From Acanthaster planci (Eukaryota): DNA of 64,000 bases. The notes beneath the pieces are model-generated. The model had not been told where the DNA came from. It saw only the letters and a program-made list of their open reading frames with translations, and searched no databases. The stretch covers positions 5,526,517 to 5,590,516 of the forward strand of contig NW_019091355.1 of NCBI RefSeq assembly GCF_001949145.1, in the 5' to 3' direction. Of this stretch, positions 25,951 to 40,000 are shown piece by piece. The translations under genes and the position numbers were made by a program. Positions within the stretch are counted from its first letter, which is position 1. Each line of letters starts with the position of its first letter.

Positions 25951-28900
25951 TGAATGGTATCACCCTCGCTATTGCCGCTTGCAGTGGTGGTGTGTGCCAA
26001 GGCTCTGGGCTTTCCTGTTAAAACAACTCAATGGGCTTATGCACCATGCACACTATGATACGACATAACGAATGTGTTGCTGTTTCAACGGCCCCAATAT
26101 GGCGCGGCGTTGCAGGGAAGGATGTATGTACTGCATAGGCAGCTGTGAAATTGCTCGCTTGATGTTGTGTTCCCGCACAAACGTCCGGACCCTTTCTCGC
26201 ACATTTCGTTTCCTTCGGTGGAGTCGGTGGCCATCAGACGTATACTTTTCGTAAATATTATTATCGTGAGTGAGGGGATATTTTCCCTCTGCCTCGAGCG
26301 GGGTGCTTTTGTGCCGTCTTGTTTGGCCAGGAAATTGACTTAAATTACAGCCTGATTAAGGCAAATCAATCGTGTTCTTTGTTGGTTGCGGCAATAGTTG
26401 GGAAGTTCTTGTGGCGGGGCCAGGAAAATGGGGAATAAAGGACAAGCTTTTTTTCCTGTCGAGTCGGGAGTCGTTTGAACCTTAGATCATTTATCAAGCC
26501 GCAATGGGGAAAAATAAACTCCTTTCTAGTGATTGAGGTGGGAGCATGATGCTTACGTCTCCCGTGGGCTGGGAAACGACGAAGGCCCGTCTCACAGGAC
26601 TTACGGCAATCTGTAATGGAGGAGTTTTTTACCCTCAGAAGTTTACCGGTGAATAAATCATGATATGATCGTCGAAACGTCTGGACTCACCAGACTCGGA
26701 TCTTGGCCGATGACATCGGATTAAACTTATGATTAGAACAGTCAACATTTCCAAAAGGAATTGATTTCCCTCCAAATTCCAAAACTAATTAAGGGTAATT
26801 TTAAACGTGGTGGGATAAAATATAGCTAGGGGGCAAGGGTGACTGTAAATTTCTATGTGATTTTTTGCAATGTAAACTATTCCTATATCTTTGAGTGAAC
26901 ACTCATGGCTGACTCAAATGTTGAAATCTAACCTCCTGTATAATGGTATTAAAAATGAAATTGATTATTCATGATGATCAGAACATTATGTCAGATTAAT
27001 GATTGACATGTATCCACCCTTCAGTCAAGAAACGACTGCTGTCTCTAGAATCTAGCTTTTGAAGCTTTCACACGACCCAGAAAATTGAAAATTTAGTCAA
27101 TGGGTGTACCATGCTTGTTCATTCTGCGCGGCAGATTAATCAGTCCATGAAGACCCGTCATGATCATCATCATCATCAACATTACCCTGAACCAGCCGGC
27201 CGGCCCGCCTCGACCACAAACGAATATCGCTTGCTGTTTTTTCGCCGGCAGCAGTTGACGAGGTCGCGGCAGGACTCAAATCCCCACAGCTGGCCCGTAG
27301 ATTACAGCCTTCCCTGCGCCTGGATTCGGTTTCTTTCCCTCCTAATTGGTTTGCAACAAGGTCCGGGCATGGCGGAGCTAGCAACGCAGCGCCTGGGTGT
27401 GGGACGCGCTGAAAGTCTGGCTGCATATTGGACGCTGTTTGTAGGGGAAGGGGGAGGTGGGGTCAGTCGAAGCTGAGACCGGCCGGCACGCGATGGGTTC
27501 CAGATCGCACTGTATAAGCGAAGCCACGGTCGAACCGTGGGGTGGGACCCGGGACAAGCTGGGCGGGAGGCATCTTCCCCACACCTCAAACTAGTCTTGC
27601 CTGAGCCCGTGTCGTATTTGTCAAGTCGGCGTTATGTGGTATTACATTGCACTGTCAGGGGACCTGCCATTCAACTGGAGTCCAGACCGCCTGTGTGACA
27701 GCCAGACGACAAGAAACCACGGGACAACCTTGCTGTGGACTCTAGAATATCTAACATGATTTGAATTTGGTACTGTGGCAATTGTGGAGATAAACAGTAG
27801 CGAATGACAAGACAGGATCCTATAAGTTATAAACCGCTGCACATTTTGAGTCCGTCCTTGAGACAACCACTCGCTATGAATTCTGTAGAACAGTGATTTC
27901 AATGTTCAGATTGTCTAAGGTAGTCTAAAGAATTGGAATTAAAGAAATCATAAATTATAACAGAAAACATTCAAGTAATAAACACGCCTGAAAGCGTTTA
28001 TGTTTTTGTCTAACCACGGAGCTGTACCTTGTTAACTTCCCACATGGATTTTGTTTTTGATGAATTATCCTAGTCATGATCTGAACCCAAATCAACAAAT
28101 TTGTGTCTCAAATGGACTTCAATGACTGAACCACATTGACCAAATTAACTTTTTTGAAGAGACACTTTGGGTAAATGTGTACATATACCTAGATTATGCA
28201 AACGCGCGTCACAAATCTATCTTTTGCGCACTTTACTAGAATCAGAAAGCGACCAACGCTATACGATATCCACGACTGAAAAAAAAAATAAAATGCTTGA
28301 AAATACTTCAGTAGGCGGTATTTTTTTACCAATTGCCAAAGGCTCAATGTTTTGCGCATTTATCTTTCTGCTCTGATAACTCTTACCACCACAAGTTGTT
28401 TTTGCTATTTCCCCTCCTTCTGCCCAGTAAAGTGAAGCTGACAGACCTGAAAAAGTTCCCTGTCTGGCTTGCCCACACGCCTCATCGGTTACTCTGAACT
28501 TTTTCGCCTTTTGTGTTTCCCGTAGCTTGAAATACATATGTTTTGCTTCTTTCCGGTTGTCAGATTTGATAAACGTAGCTCCGTACAATGGCCTTACCGG
28601 AGAACCATCTAGTTCAGGACCTGCACCTTGTACTTTTTCGGGAGAAAAACTTATTCGTGTCCATACATTTCACGGTATTGTTATTGTTGTTCAAATTCAT
28701 ATGCATATCCATCATGCTGAATGAGCTCTTCTTTAATAAGCGGCCAAAAAAGCATGTCTGTGGTACCCTGGCTGTATAAAATCCAGAAAATAACCCGTGG
28801 TTCGGTCAAATCTTAACCAGAGGGCGCCCTTCGGATAAAACGATGGACCATCACGGTTCCTACGGATCCCTCGCCTTTGGTGTGGATAGGTTTTTGAATT

Positions 28901-31900
28901 CGTTGTTTGCTGTCACGATTTCGCCACTTTTACAGTTTGGTGTGAAATACCAGCCGTATGTCTCACATTATTTCTTAAAAAGAAAAAGAGACCCAGGCAA
29001 AGAGTAAGATTCAATTTTCAGTTTAGGAGGCTGGGGTTCTTTTAATATTGAACAAGGCTTCACTATCAGACTTCTTCAAGCCTCGCTTTAGTTAACTGTT
29101 CACTCATTGGAATGACAAAACCTGCATACAGTTCCTGTCACTATGACTTTGTAATGGTTCGTCACCTCTCTCAAGTTCTTTATTGAATACACGAGTACTT
29201 TGTTTCACATAAAGAGCAACGCAATTCGATGTCACAGTGCTGATAATTAAGTTTCCTCTCCCTTTCAAGCTAATCGCAACGGTGCAAGAGAAACCTGTAG
29301 TCATGGTTTTTAAGGAATCTTCATCGTGGGCGGGCTGGGGTAAACATCCTCGAACCGTGAAAAGAGATCTCTTTGAGACGCACACGAGCAAATCAGACGA
29401 CACAATAACCTCTTCACGGCTGCTGCTCTCGTTCCTCCCCGCCAAAATTAGCGTCGCCATGTTGAAAGCTACAGAATTTCAAGACTGGTGATTGAGGCAG
29501 AACGTGCAGGAACCGAAGGTCGCCAGCCCACCATCTTTCATTTCACTCTACTCCACTTCATTCGACACGACGATGATGAATTTTTTTGTCAACTGAAAAA
29601 AAAATCGCCTTGTATTTTGGTACATGTTTCCGCTCATGTTGATGAAATTCGGTGATAAATGACCGGACTGTCCCCTGGCAACTTCCGCCCGAGTCATACG
29701 GTGCAGACAACACATGTCGCAAATCAAGTCGTGCTGATTACCGACAGGGGGTTGGCGTAGCTGGAGCTAGGTTCTTTCCTCTGAAATATCGTTTTCAGAA
29801 TCCCGGAATGCTTTGCAATTGTTTTATTGGAGTATAAGAGTCAGACTTTACGTGGACTTTGCTTTTAGATTAGACGTGGTCAGTCGGTAATTATTGTTGC
29901 ATTGAGTGGGAAGTTTGTTCGGGACTCCCCCACGCTGGGTAATGGTGTGGTCCTGTCAACTACAGGCGTCCCGTGGCCTGGCAGCTAAGGGCTCAGCGGG
30001 GTGGTAAGTTGTTTTGTTGACGTGGTGTTTCTTTGGGAGCAGGCCGACTTCGTCTGATGTGGGCCGCCGTCATCTCGCAATTAAATCCCCATCACTCGTT
30101 AAGTAAATCAACAGCGTGCGGGCCAGGAGTGTCACGGGGGCCCCCTGCTTGCCGCAGAAGACCAGTCGAGGGCTTCGAGCTCTATGGCCGGGGCTCTCGT
30201 CTGCCATTATAAGTCCCCCCTCCGCCCAATCTATTTTTCTCACTTTATACAAGCATAATAAGCCTGGCCTAATGCAAGCTGACAGGCCGTGGATTGGGGG
30301 CTTTTGTTCCCTCTCAACCCTGGCCCTCTGTGATGCACCGCCCGGGGTTTGAGGCGATGTTTTTCCCCTCTGTCTCGCCAGTAACCCACCTATTGTTGGA
30401 ACTGTACAAAGACCGCGGTTTGGACCTACCACAATGGGGCATCTAACTCCGGACAACTTGGCATAGTCCACGGGTTTGTCCGCCGTGAATGGCAACTTCT
30501 GATGAGGGAATAAAGAGGGATATTGACGGCCTTTGAGGCTCTCAAGGAGCCGAAATTACTCGTCAAATTGCTGGACGGTCCGAATGCTTGAAAAAAAGCA
30601 TAGAGGAACTGTGGGGGGCATTAGAGATAGAAGCCAAGAGGACATTTTTCGGAGGGGGCTGAAGATTGGACGTGGAGCCGCTTCCTTGAGTGCTCTCTTG
30701 CAAAGGTTTCTTTGAGGTCGAGTGTGCTGTCAATTACGATATGATTGACTGGCCCATCTTTCCTTGATTGATTGATAATACACGCCGTATACCCTGTCAG
30801 AAATATGATGGAATAGCAAGCATTTTTATAATAACCATTGTCCATCTCTAAGATGAATATTTTGGTTATTCGCCCAAACATTCTTTTTAGTGAAAGATTC
30901 GTTATGCAAGAGAAAATCGCGAACTACAAATGAAAATGTGTGTGTGGCCTAGTTTCTCTTCCAAACCCCTCTAGTCTTTTCCGTCGATCGTAAGCTTTCC
31001 CAATTAACTCCGTCATTGCTCCTTAATCCGACCGACATTGATTCACTCAGCTCGGCCGGCAAAACTCCGGGAAATATGCTCCTATCACAGGAAGGAGTGT
31101 AGCCCAGCTCTCACCACCTCCCGGCCCCGCGACCTGCTTCATAGCACGAGGTACTGTGGTATGCAAGAATCCCGCTCCCTTCATCAACTCCAGATGAAGC
31201 GATTGCGTGAACTTATCTTCACAAAATCCTATCTAAAATGAGCTGTAAACAGCCTCACAGAAAACCACGAGAGAGGTCAGAACACGAGTTTGTAAAGCAA
31301 AACATGGGGTCCTTGGAGCTGGTATATCGGCCTAATGGTTGATAGCAATGTGGCAACCTCGGTCGACATTGCCTCCATCAACATTTTGTATATCTCAACC
31401 GACATTCGATCCAAATGGAACACGTGGTCTTCTCAATGTCTGTTCGTCAGGAATGTCCTGTCGAATAAATCTGATGAAATTATGAAAAAATGAATTTCAA
31501 GTTTGGATCAGCCCCTCTGTACAGTCTTGCCCGCAGTTCACAAAATTTGAACATCTCACTGTGAAAACTTGGAGAAATGCTGTGATTGTTAAAAACTTTG
31601 TCGGTAGGGCCTATACTTTCATAGGGGCTTTCCTTTGCAAAAATCGATTTCTTAATTGTTGCACCCAGACTTGACGCATGGCAAAACTTTTGCCATGAAA
31701 CAGAGTTCTACGCTTTGACCAGTTTTCACTGCCGTCCATTTTCACCATTATGCACGTCGGCACGGCCTGGCCCAGCGCTGCTCAGTGGCTGGCCCGCGGT
31801 CTTGTGCAGTACAGTCAGGCCACGGTTCAGTGGCCCGTCAATCTAAACCCTGAGCCCAAAACTCCACTGAAGAGTCGGCACCGCAAAGGGGCCGGTGGAG

Positions 31901-34900
31901 GGGATTATCGGAGGGGGGTAAATAAGCCGTAATCGGTCAGCACCCCAAACCAGCCGGCCATTGAATGACAGCTACAAAGCTGGGGCTAATTGCTCTCCGC
32001 TAGGGCTAATTAATTAAATACAGTATTGTCAGGTGTGGAGACAAACAGATTTTCTCGCGGTGGGTGGAAATGGAGTCCCAAGCTCATGCGTTTTTAGGTT
32101 GGTGGTGCCCTGTGTGGTGGGTTTTGTATGGCCCCTTGTGTTCGCACAAAAGAGCTATAGTTACGGAGTTTGCATGGATAGCATTAGACCCCTTACATGC
32201 ACCCCATACCCCAGCCTACCCCTTTTTTCTTTTGGGGGTTGGGGTGCATCATCACCTCATTGCATTTACTGTCGGCTTCCTTTACGTTCCCGATATGGAG
32301 ATTTACTACCTTCAGACTTGATCTTAATTATATGGTTTGGTTTCTCTCGTCTTCAACGCGTGTAGAAAAGTGCGCATGTCAGATAGCTTTATGTGCAAAT
32401 GTCTCCCATCAAGTGCGGTGCGATGATATTACATGTACACGTTTCCATGTGTGAGCTGTTATGGTTACTTTTTATTTAATACCTTTTCATTGCATTGCAA
32501 GTTGAAAAGGGAATAGCCCCAAACGCTACAAACAAGGTACAACTACAAGGAGGGCCACTTTGGGGTGACTCTGAATTCCACTTGATCTTGTAGACGCCTA
32601 ATTATTTGATTAAAAAAACAAGACAGAGGGCTCACAAAAGACTGCAGAAGGAACTGTTATCGAGTCTGTCCTAGTCGTCATTGCTAGCGTTATGAACAGC
32701 CTCATCTTTTGCATCTTTCATCGGTTTGGTTCTCTGGCTAATCTCCATCCCTCCACCTCCCTCCCTTACACACTCACCGCTCGCGCAGATGCACAAACAT
32801 CCCCTATGTCTCCATGGTTCATAATATTATAAAGTGAGTACCCCTCAAGCTCTGTTCGTATGCTTTACGTCCAAGATTTACCGCAGCACGTTTCTGAGAT
32901 TGGAACCTCGCTGACTTGGAGTTCCTCTTTCGGGCCCGGCTAAAACAATGCCCCGCTTCCAAATCACCGCCTGTCATCGCGGCTCCCTCAAAGACGCTGT
33001 TGCGGTGAGCCCGGTCTTTGCCCTCCCTCTGGGAGGCGGGGAGTTTGGAAGGGCTTGTTTTTTAGGGCGGTGTATATGCGACAAGAGCAGTTCGCGCTTC
33101 TGGCGGGCGTGGGGGTGGTCTGCTGGGGGAAGATAATAACGACTTTTATCCACAGTCGTGATAGCCGCTGAGAGGCAGCCCGGGCAGTGTTTGGGATCTG
33201 GCGGTGTTGACTGACTCCTTTCAGTTCAAAATCATTTCGTTGGTTTGGCTGACGTCAACCTGTTAATACGATGGAAACGTGGCGTGCCGGACTGCCTGCC
33301 TTTTGTCCCTAGCAGTTCAGCGGGGCGGAATGTTTATGAAACTGACGATAGATATTTGTTGGAACCCAACAGAGGGGAAGCCTTCAAAGTCAAACAGCGA
33401 ATACAGCAAATGTACGAGAAATATGTCCTCCTTGAACATCTGCCGTCGCCTCTATACCACCTCTAGGGTTTAGCTATGAATCTCCTACGAAAAGACTTAA
33501 ATTTTGTGTACAAGACGCACTACTCAGATCCCGCACCCGCTTTCAAACTAAAAGTGGTAAACAGTCGTTGCTTTTGAGGGCGCCCTAATTTTAATTGATT
33601 ATGTTTTTCTAAGCGCCGTCTCCTATGATAACACAAGCAAGAAATGTCGCTTCGGTGATTGCTGTGTCTACTTCACATTGCTGTTATAGCATTGGTAATA
33701 CATGTGGTTGACAGAGGACGTCGTCTTTCCAGTTCCACTTGTCATTGGGGACGCTTTTGACATCAAGAGAGGGCGCCCTTAAAATATCCTCGTGGATGCA
33801 GTTCAGTAAATGGTCGAAAAATTCTTACGCGGGCCAAATCACAATTTGTATGCACTCAAATTCTTCACGAAAAAGCAATCTGTGGCCCATGAACTTGAAA
33901 ATTGTAGAAAAGACAGGTTTAGGTGGGCAAAGAGAATACCAGCTTGCGTCTGAGTGAGATTTGGAAGAAATCAGTGCCTGAAAACGGTCTTTTTTTCGAA
34001 AAATGTAGGCATTGATATTTCAAAATAGCAAGGGGCTTCACGATTGCATTTTAGGGGTGACCTTCCGTGGAAATAAATATCTACAAAAGTCATCGATTAA
34101 TGAATACAAATTTGAAAAGAAAATGAAAAATCATAAACAGGGCTTTTATTTGATACGCGTCTGAAACGCCAGAGAAACTCGCGAGTATTTTTCCTGATTT
34201 TTTTGAAGTTGGGATATTAATCACGGTTGGCTATGGCAGATTATTTACGGGCCTGCAACCTATCGTGTATGTACGCACCGTCCCTTTGTTTTCTCTGGTC
34301 GGGAGAAGGTCTTGCGGTCATTCAACCTCTGTCGGTCCAGACTGTCATTTGATGCCCGATCGGCTTTTCAGTGCGCGCGTTGAGCTGAGCGCTGGCTGCA
34401 AATCCTCAGTTCGCATGCCGACCAAATCCCCCAGACACGAACACAGCTTGGCTTTTCGTAACCGCTGAAGATGGTTATTTCTCGTGCGTGGGGGAACTTA
34501 GGCATTGGCCAAAAAAATCACAAACAATGCGGCTGTAAAGTTGAAGAGCCACTTGCAACCCTGAGCTCATTAAGACTGGATTCATGAAAAAATATTCATG
34601 TACAGTTGAAATCTAAAACCGATTTGTTGAGCCATGGCATGCAGCATTCATTAGTAACCCGTACAATATTGTGTAATACTTCATAGTGCAGAGCTCGGCA
34701 CAGAAGAACCCGACTCATTGGCACAGTATAATGCAGCATAACATTTATACACGTAACAAACAACGCATGCATAAATCGTATTGGCGAGGCATTTGATTGA
34801 TTCTAAATGGCGAATATGTAAAAGTTCAGCCAATGCAAGCTGTGTGATAAACGGCTGGGCCGCCGAATATAAGTTTACAAACGGAAGATTGGCGACCTTT

Positions 34901-36953
34901 GATAAACCCTCGCCAAACCTATCAGAAAATGAAACCCCGCAAAGAAAAACAAACGATGGAAATGTCAACTATTTGTTCCTTAAAAAATGCGAAATAATCT
35001 CATACAATATGGGCTGTTTAAAGACATTTGAAAGATAGTTTACCAAGAAAAAAAAAAGAGAACATAACTCAAATGAATTTATGGAACATTGCTCTAAATA
35101 AATATTCAGGGAAGTGTTAAATCGAGCATGACCTTCACTCAGACTTGAAATCAAAGCGCTAGAAATGTGAACCCCTGAAAAAGTGTGTCAATGTTCTTGA
35201 AATGCCGGTGCAAGTTATTCATGACACAACCATTGCATTGGCGTGATCTTCTCGGTACCTTCCTGAGGGGTATACCCTGAATTGGGCTTCATGAACTGAC
35301 ACACTTACACTTGTGATTGCTTTTCCACCGCCCCCGACATCTTATTCAAGCCACCTTCAAGACTTCAGCTCCTTTGAGTAATGCAGTAAAACCGGCCTCT
35401 CAGGGTGATCCGTGGGGCCGTTTTTGAAACGAGGGGGAGGACAGAACGCTACACTAATCGCATCAAAACAGCGAAGCCTCACTCGGGTCTGCAGTGTTTA
35501 GGCCAAAACTTGAATCTGTGCGAAAAGTACAGGCCTTCCGTATATAGAAAACAGCGCGTACTGTTCATTCCACCCGCGATTGGCGCGAACCACCCACCAC
35601 TTTTACGTATATTCATGTGAATTCGCACAAACCAGAGGTGTATTCGCGTGGCCAGCGGGCACACAGCCGAAACGTCTATCATGTGTCTGCCATTTCCCTC
35701 TCTCACGCTTTCTCATTGTCAGCCTTGAGGGGATGCTTGATCGCAGATTCATTATCGTGAGCTATTTTTGTTTTGAATTTGCGGGAAGTAATACTGCAAA
35801 AACTATAGAACACTGTATGTAGCACGTTCGTAGCAATACATGGGACAGATCTGTGGGCGCCATGTTATAAATCTGTCTTGGAAAACAATGAGGAAAAAGC
35901 TGCCTTCCAGGAATGAACCTGATATATCCGAAGGGAAAAACGCTAATGGATTTCATGTATTATCTTCCTTCAAAGAAGTGTTTGTCGCTATTTCAGTACA
36001 GTAAGAAACACCTAGCTAGTCGTCGGCTGATCTCTGCTGTGCTCCCCTCTCAACAGCATGTCGCACTACTTAATCCTGTCGTGTTTGCAATAAGTACCTA
36101 ACGTCTCCGTCAATAGCTGGGGAACCCGCCGCGCTGATTGAGAACAGCGGGGGTCGGTGTCCGCGGATCCTTTAGTGTTGTTCCGCGTCGTCACTCACCA
36201 CCGTACCAGGGATTGTCGGGCCCAAACCCCCGGTTGGTCATGAGCAGGCGGGCCGGTAAAAGAAAAGCAGCGATGTTTAGAAGGGGTTTATTTGCTGACA
36301 GTTCACGCTCGAAGTTTTTTTGATTGGGGGCTTTTTAGAGCGACCAGGAGATGAGTGACTGCGGTGATACCCAGAGGGCGGGCTGTGCGTGCTTCGTGAC
36401 TGATACGGTCTCACGCCGGGGCGTTTTCTTGTCATCGCTTAGGCGTCTCTCGAGCGCTATTTGTAATAGTGCGGAAATATACTGTGCACGTGTTTTGATA
36501 GCGATGATAATAAGTACATGTAGTGTGTGATGATTTTCCGCGACCTTTGACCTTCTCAAGTTGATGATTGGTTGGTTTGGATCAGGATACAGGATGAGGG
36601 TGTCATTACATTTAGCCATGTGCCTTGTAGTCAGCTCCACTGTTTCTGCAGTAGCTGATGAGACATGGATGGTATTACCATCGACCCACAACATAATCAC
36701 AAGAATTGCATCGGCACCTTTTAAGTGTGAAGTCTTGTTTTAACTGGATATTTCAAGCTTATTTCGGTGTCATCTCAGCAGGTTTTCAAAAAACCTTTCC
36801 TCTCTTGATACATGTATATGGTACACTGACCCATGGAGGAATTCCTCCATGACTGAACGAACGCTCTGGGTATATGGGAAAGTAGATTCCCAAATTCGGC
36901 AAAATCCAAACCCGAAACGGAAGTAATATCTGGGACCCCAGAAAATCTGACTT

Positions 36954-37016
36954 TATGAGAAAACAAAATCTCCATTTCATTTAAGCATATGAGAAAACAA
37001 AATCTCCATTTCATTT
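36954..37016. repeat. Short direct duplication, 2 x 29 bp (period 34)
   Basis: tatgagaaaacaaaatctccatttcattt occurs at 36954-36982 and at 36988-37016. Confidence 0.9.
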
Positions 37017-40000
37017 CTCCATGATTTAAGAGAGAGTGGGAGGGAAAAATGACTGGCTCATTGCCTTCCACTCCTCATCCAAACGAATTCCTCAGATGCA
37101 TTTGACGTACGATTCAGAACTTGATACAGTGTCCATAGCCAGACAACCGTGCCGTGGAAATACAAAACAATCACGGCGGGGACAGATTTAGAGTCCAAGA
37201 TTTACGAGGTTCATTAGCCGGCCAATCAGTTGTGCTTCCTTTAGCGCGGGACAAAATCTCAAGCAAGAACCGTCTGCTTGACCCGAGGTCACGGAATCAA
37301 GATGGCTCCTGGCGATGCGGTAAAAACATACGCAGTTGCTGACAGTAATATCACTTTTTGATATTGGTACGATCGTAATGTGACCTTTTGCAACATCGTA
37401 TGCACGAGGGAAGTTTATTTATCCAGCATAAAAAATACAGTCCTTACAGCACGATTTAGTGAACATTGAAGGGAGGAAAACATGGATACCAGTCTATAAC
37501 TTGCTCATGCCATGGTTCGTTATTAGCTCGCCATGATCGGATGGGAGCACTGTGCCTAATCCATGAACAAAACTTCCTACGTTTAATTATATTCCACTTT
37601 TTGGTTGTCCCCATTGCTAAATAGAGAGATATCAATTGTTTTGGCTTAGGGGCCTACATAAAAAACGACATTTCATTGAAAACAGAAATGACATTAGTCG
37701 GTGTTTTGTAAGCTTTCGCACTCCAGACGATTTTCTGCAATGGATGAACCAACCGTGTATACTGCACTAATAGCCAATACCCAAAATATCGATAAACCTT
37801 CCAGGGGTATTGATATATGATTTAAAGACAATGCCTTTTCCGTTTCCCAGTTGTCGGCTCGCGCCCAAAGCATCTGGTAATGTTCGGCGTAACTTTGATG
37901 GGATTTCTCCGCGATCAATCATTTAGAAATGTCAGAAGCGGTCCTGATCCGAGCGGAAAGCGAAGGATTTATCTCTGGCTCGTCTCGCCTGGTACACGTC
38001 GGGAAATATACACGCGGTCACCGCGAGGCTGAGTTGGACGATTGACTAACATGACATGTCGGCGGTCGATTCGTGACAGTTGAACGTATAGGATATTGAC
38101 ATTTGGTTGCTGGGCAAAAGGTCCTCAATGAAGTTCATGTTTGTCCGGTGGTTATCAGCTGTATATGGTATCAGACTGTGGGGTGTCAAACACTGCTTTG
38201 CCGAGTACCAGTATTTAGAGCGATGAACGCGAACGAGCCATGGGAATCGGAGAATATGCAAGTGAGAACAATTTATTTCGGCATGAACTTTTGCAAGAAG
38301 AAGGGTTCACGAATAGTCGTCTTGCTGACAGGACGGCTGTCCAAAATAACAAGATTTTGCTGATCATTCCAAAAAGATAATTTGTCACGCGGACAAGACT
38401 GCAGGTTGCATCTTGCCAATCCGAAGAACTGTCTTGTCAGCGTGACGAGGGATATCCAGACCTGCTGTCTTTGGACATGATTGTACCTATTTTTGCTGAG
38501 GGCTTAGTGGTCGAAAATGTATTTGTAATTTGCGTGGCTATACAGATTATATTAATATTAGAAATGAAAACAGCACATGAAGAGGGTTGTCAGATGCATC
38601 GGGGAGGGGCAGAATTAAATCATTAAAACTGACCTTCATAGGAGTGTTGAGTGAGTTCATGGATGCTTAGCTTCGTCTCCGACTCGACCTCAGTTTCCGT
38701 GAAGTGAGTCCCCCCATGTTTGGACCTAAAGGCCGGTCTGTAGGCCTACTGCAGGCGAATGCGAAAGTAAAGCCAGTTTGACGTCACGAAAAATTTGCAG
38801 CGAAATTTTCTCGAGTTGAAATGTGTTCAACTTTTACAAATTTACAACGCGAATGTTTCATCTGCCCCCACAAATTTGATTTCGGTTTTCGCTTTCGCAC
38901 GAAGTGCGACCCGGCCTTTACTGCTCCATTTTTCCGTCATAGGCCCATGATAATTGTCCATTGTGAGAAAGGCTTTGGAGTGGGTTTTTTTTCTGTTCCT
39001 TATATAAACATTGGAAAATAATCTTGGTCCCTGGCATTGGACAAACAGTTTTCATTCCTTCGTGTACAATACAGCAACAAGTTCACTTTTCCTTCCGTGT
39101 TCGTACACCATGATATTTTGCTTTGCCGTCCGCACACACGAAATACGGTGTTTCCACAAAGCGTTACCGTTGCATTCCGTGTTGTGGGGATAATTCATTT
39201 TTGAAATCAGTGATGTCCAGTGTATGTTTCTCTGTTTCAACGATAAATTTACTCAGTAACGCGGTTGGATGGTCATTTAAGCTTTCGTATTCCTTAGACG
39301 TTGAGGATTTTCCAAATTTAGACACAGCCTCCGTAAATCATTAAGCTTCGTCTGAAGTGAAAGCCGACCACCCGTTAACCCAGTATGTTCTAATGAAATT
39401 GGAAAGCGTCATGGTTGACAGCATACATTTTGGCGTGCTTCTCTTGCAATTTCATTGTCTAAATCACCAACGTCAGAGGGGGAAAAATCCAACAGGCGTG
39501 GCCAGGGAAGAAGACGAAACCGGAAATGAGAATCTCTGTGCAAATATTCTCACTACACGAAAGCAAATCCTTATTAAAGGTGTGCATAATGATACAGGGA
39601 TGCAAATGCACCAAAGTAAAATCTTCTTAATGTGTATGTGTATTCAGTACATTTACGCACACGACAGCGAAATCTTACCCAAAATACCACGCTTTGCATT
39701 CACTGTAGGATAATTTGCTTGAAACAGGTCGTGTTCGGGTCTTCTTTGAGGCTGAAGTCACAGACGAAAGTGAGATGAAGCCCTAAAAGAGCTGGGGAGG
39801 GGGTGTACGCCCCTTTCACATTTTCTCCAGTGTCGTTGTAGTGAATATCTTTCGCATGCTGAGCTTTCGGAAGTTTTGCCTTGCAGTAATTTCTTGCAGT
39901 TATTTTGCCACAAAGTTGATGCAAATCAAACATTCCTTTTTCATTTTTGATGTCACTGTCATGTTGAAGCAAAATGCACGGATATACTGATAATCATTGT

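Noticed and set aside
27262..27295. tRNA T-arm/B-box-like fragments (here, and near 5260 and 57630)
   Set aside because: I could not build a cloverleaf or a paired A box; at best these are decayed SINE heads.
27111..27476. ORF with a His-rich run (HDHHHHQH)
   Set aside because: The run comes from a short (CAT)n repeat, and the remainder has no protein-like character.
31677..31697. Palindrome CATGGCAAAA-C-TTTTGCCATG
   Set aside because: An isolated 10-bp stem with no second copy or context; bacterial terminator or operator logic does not apply.
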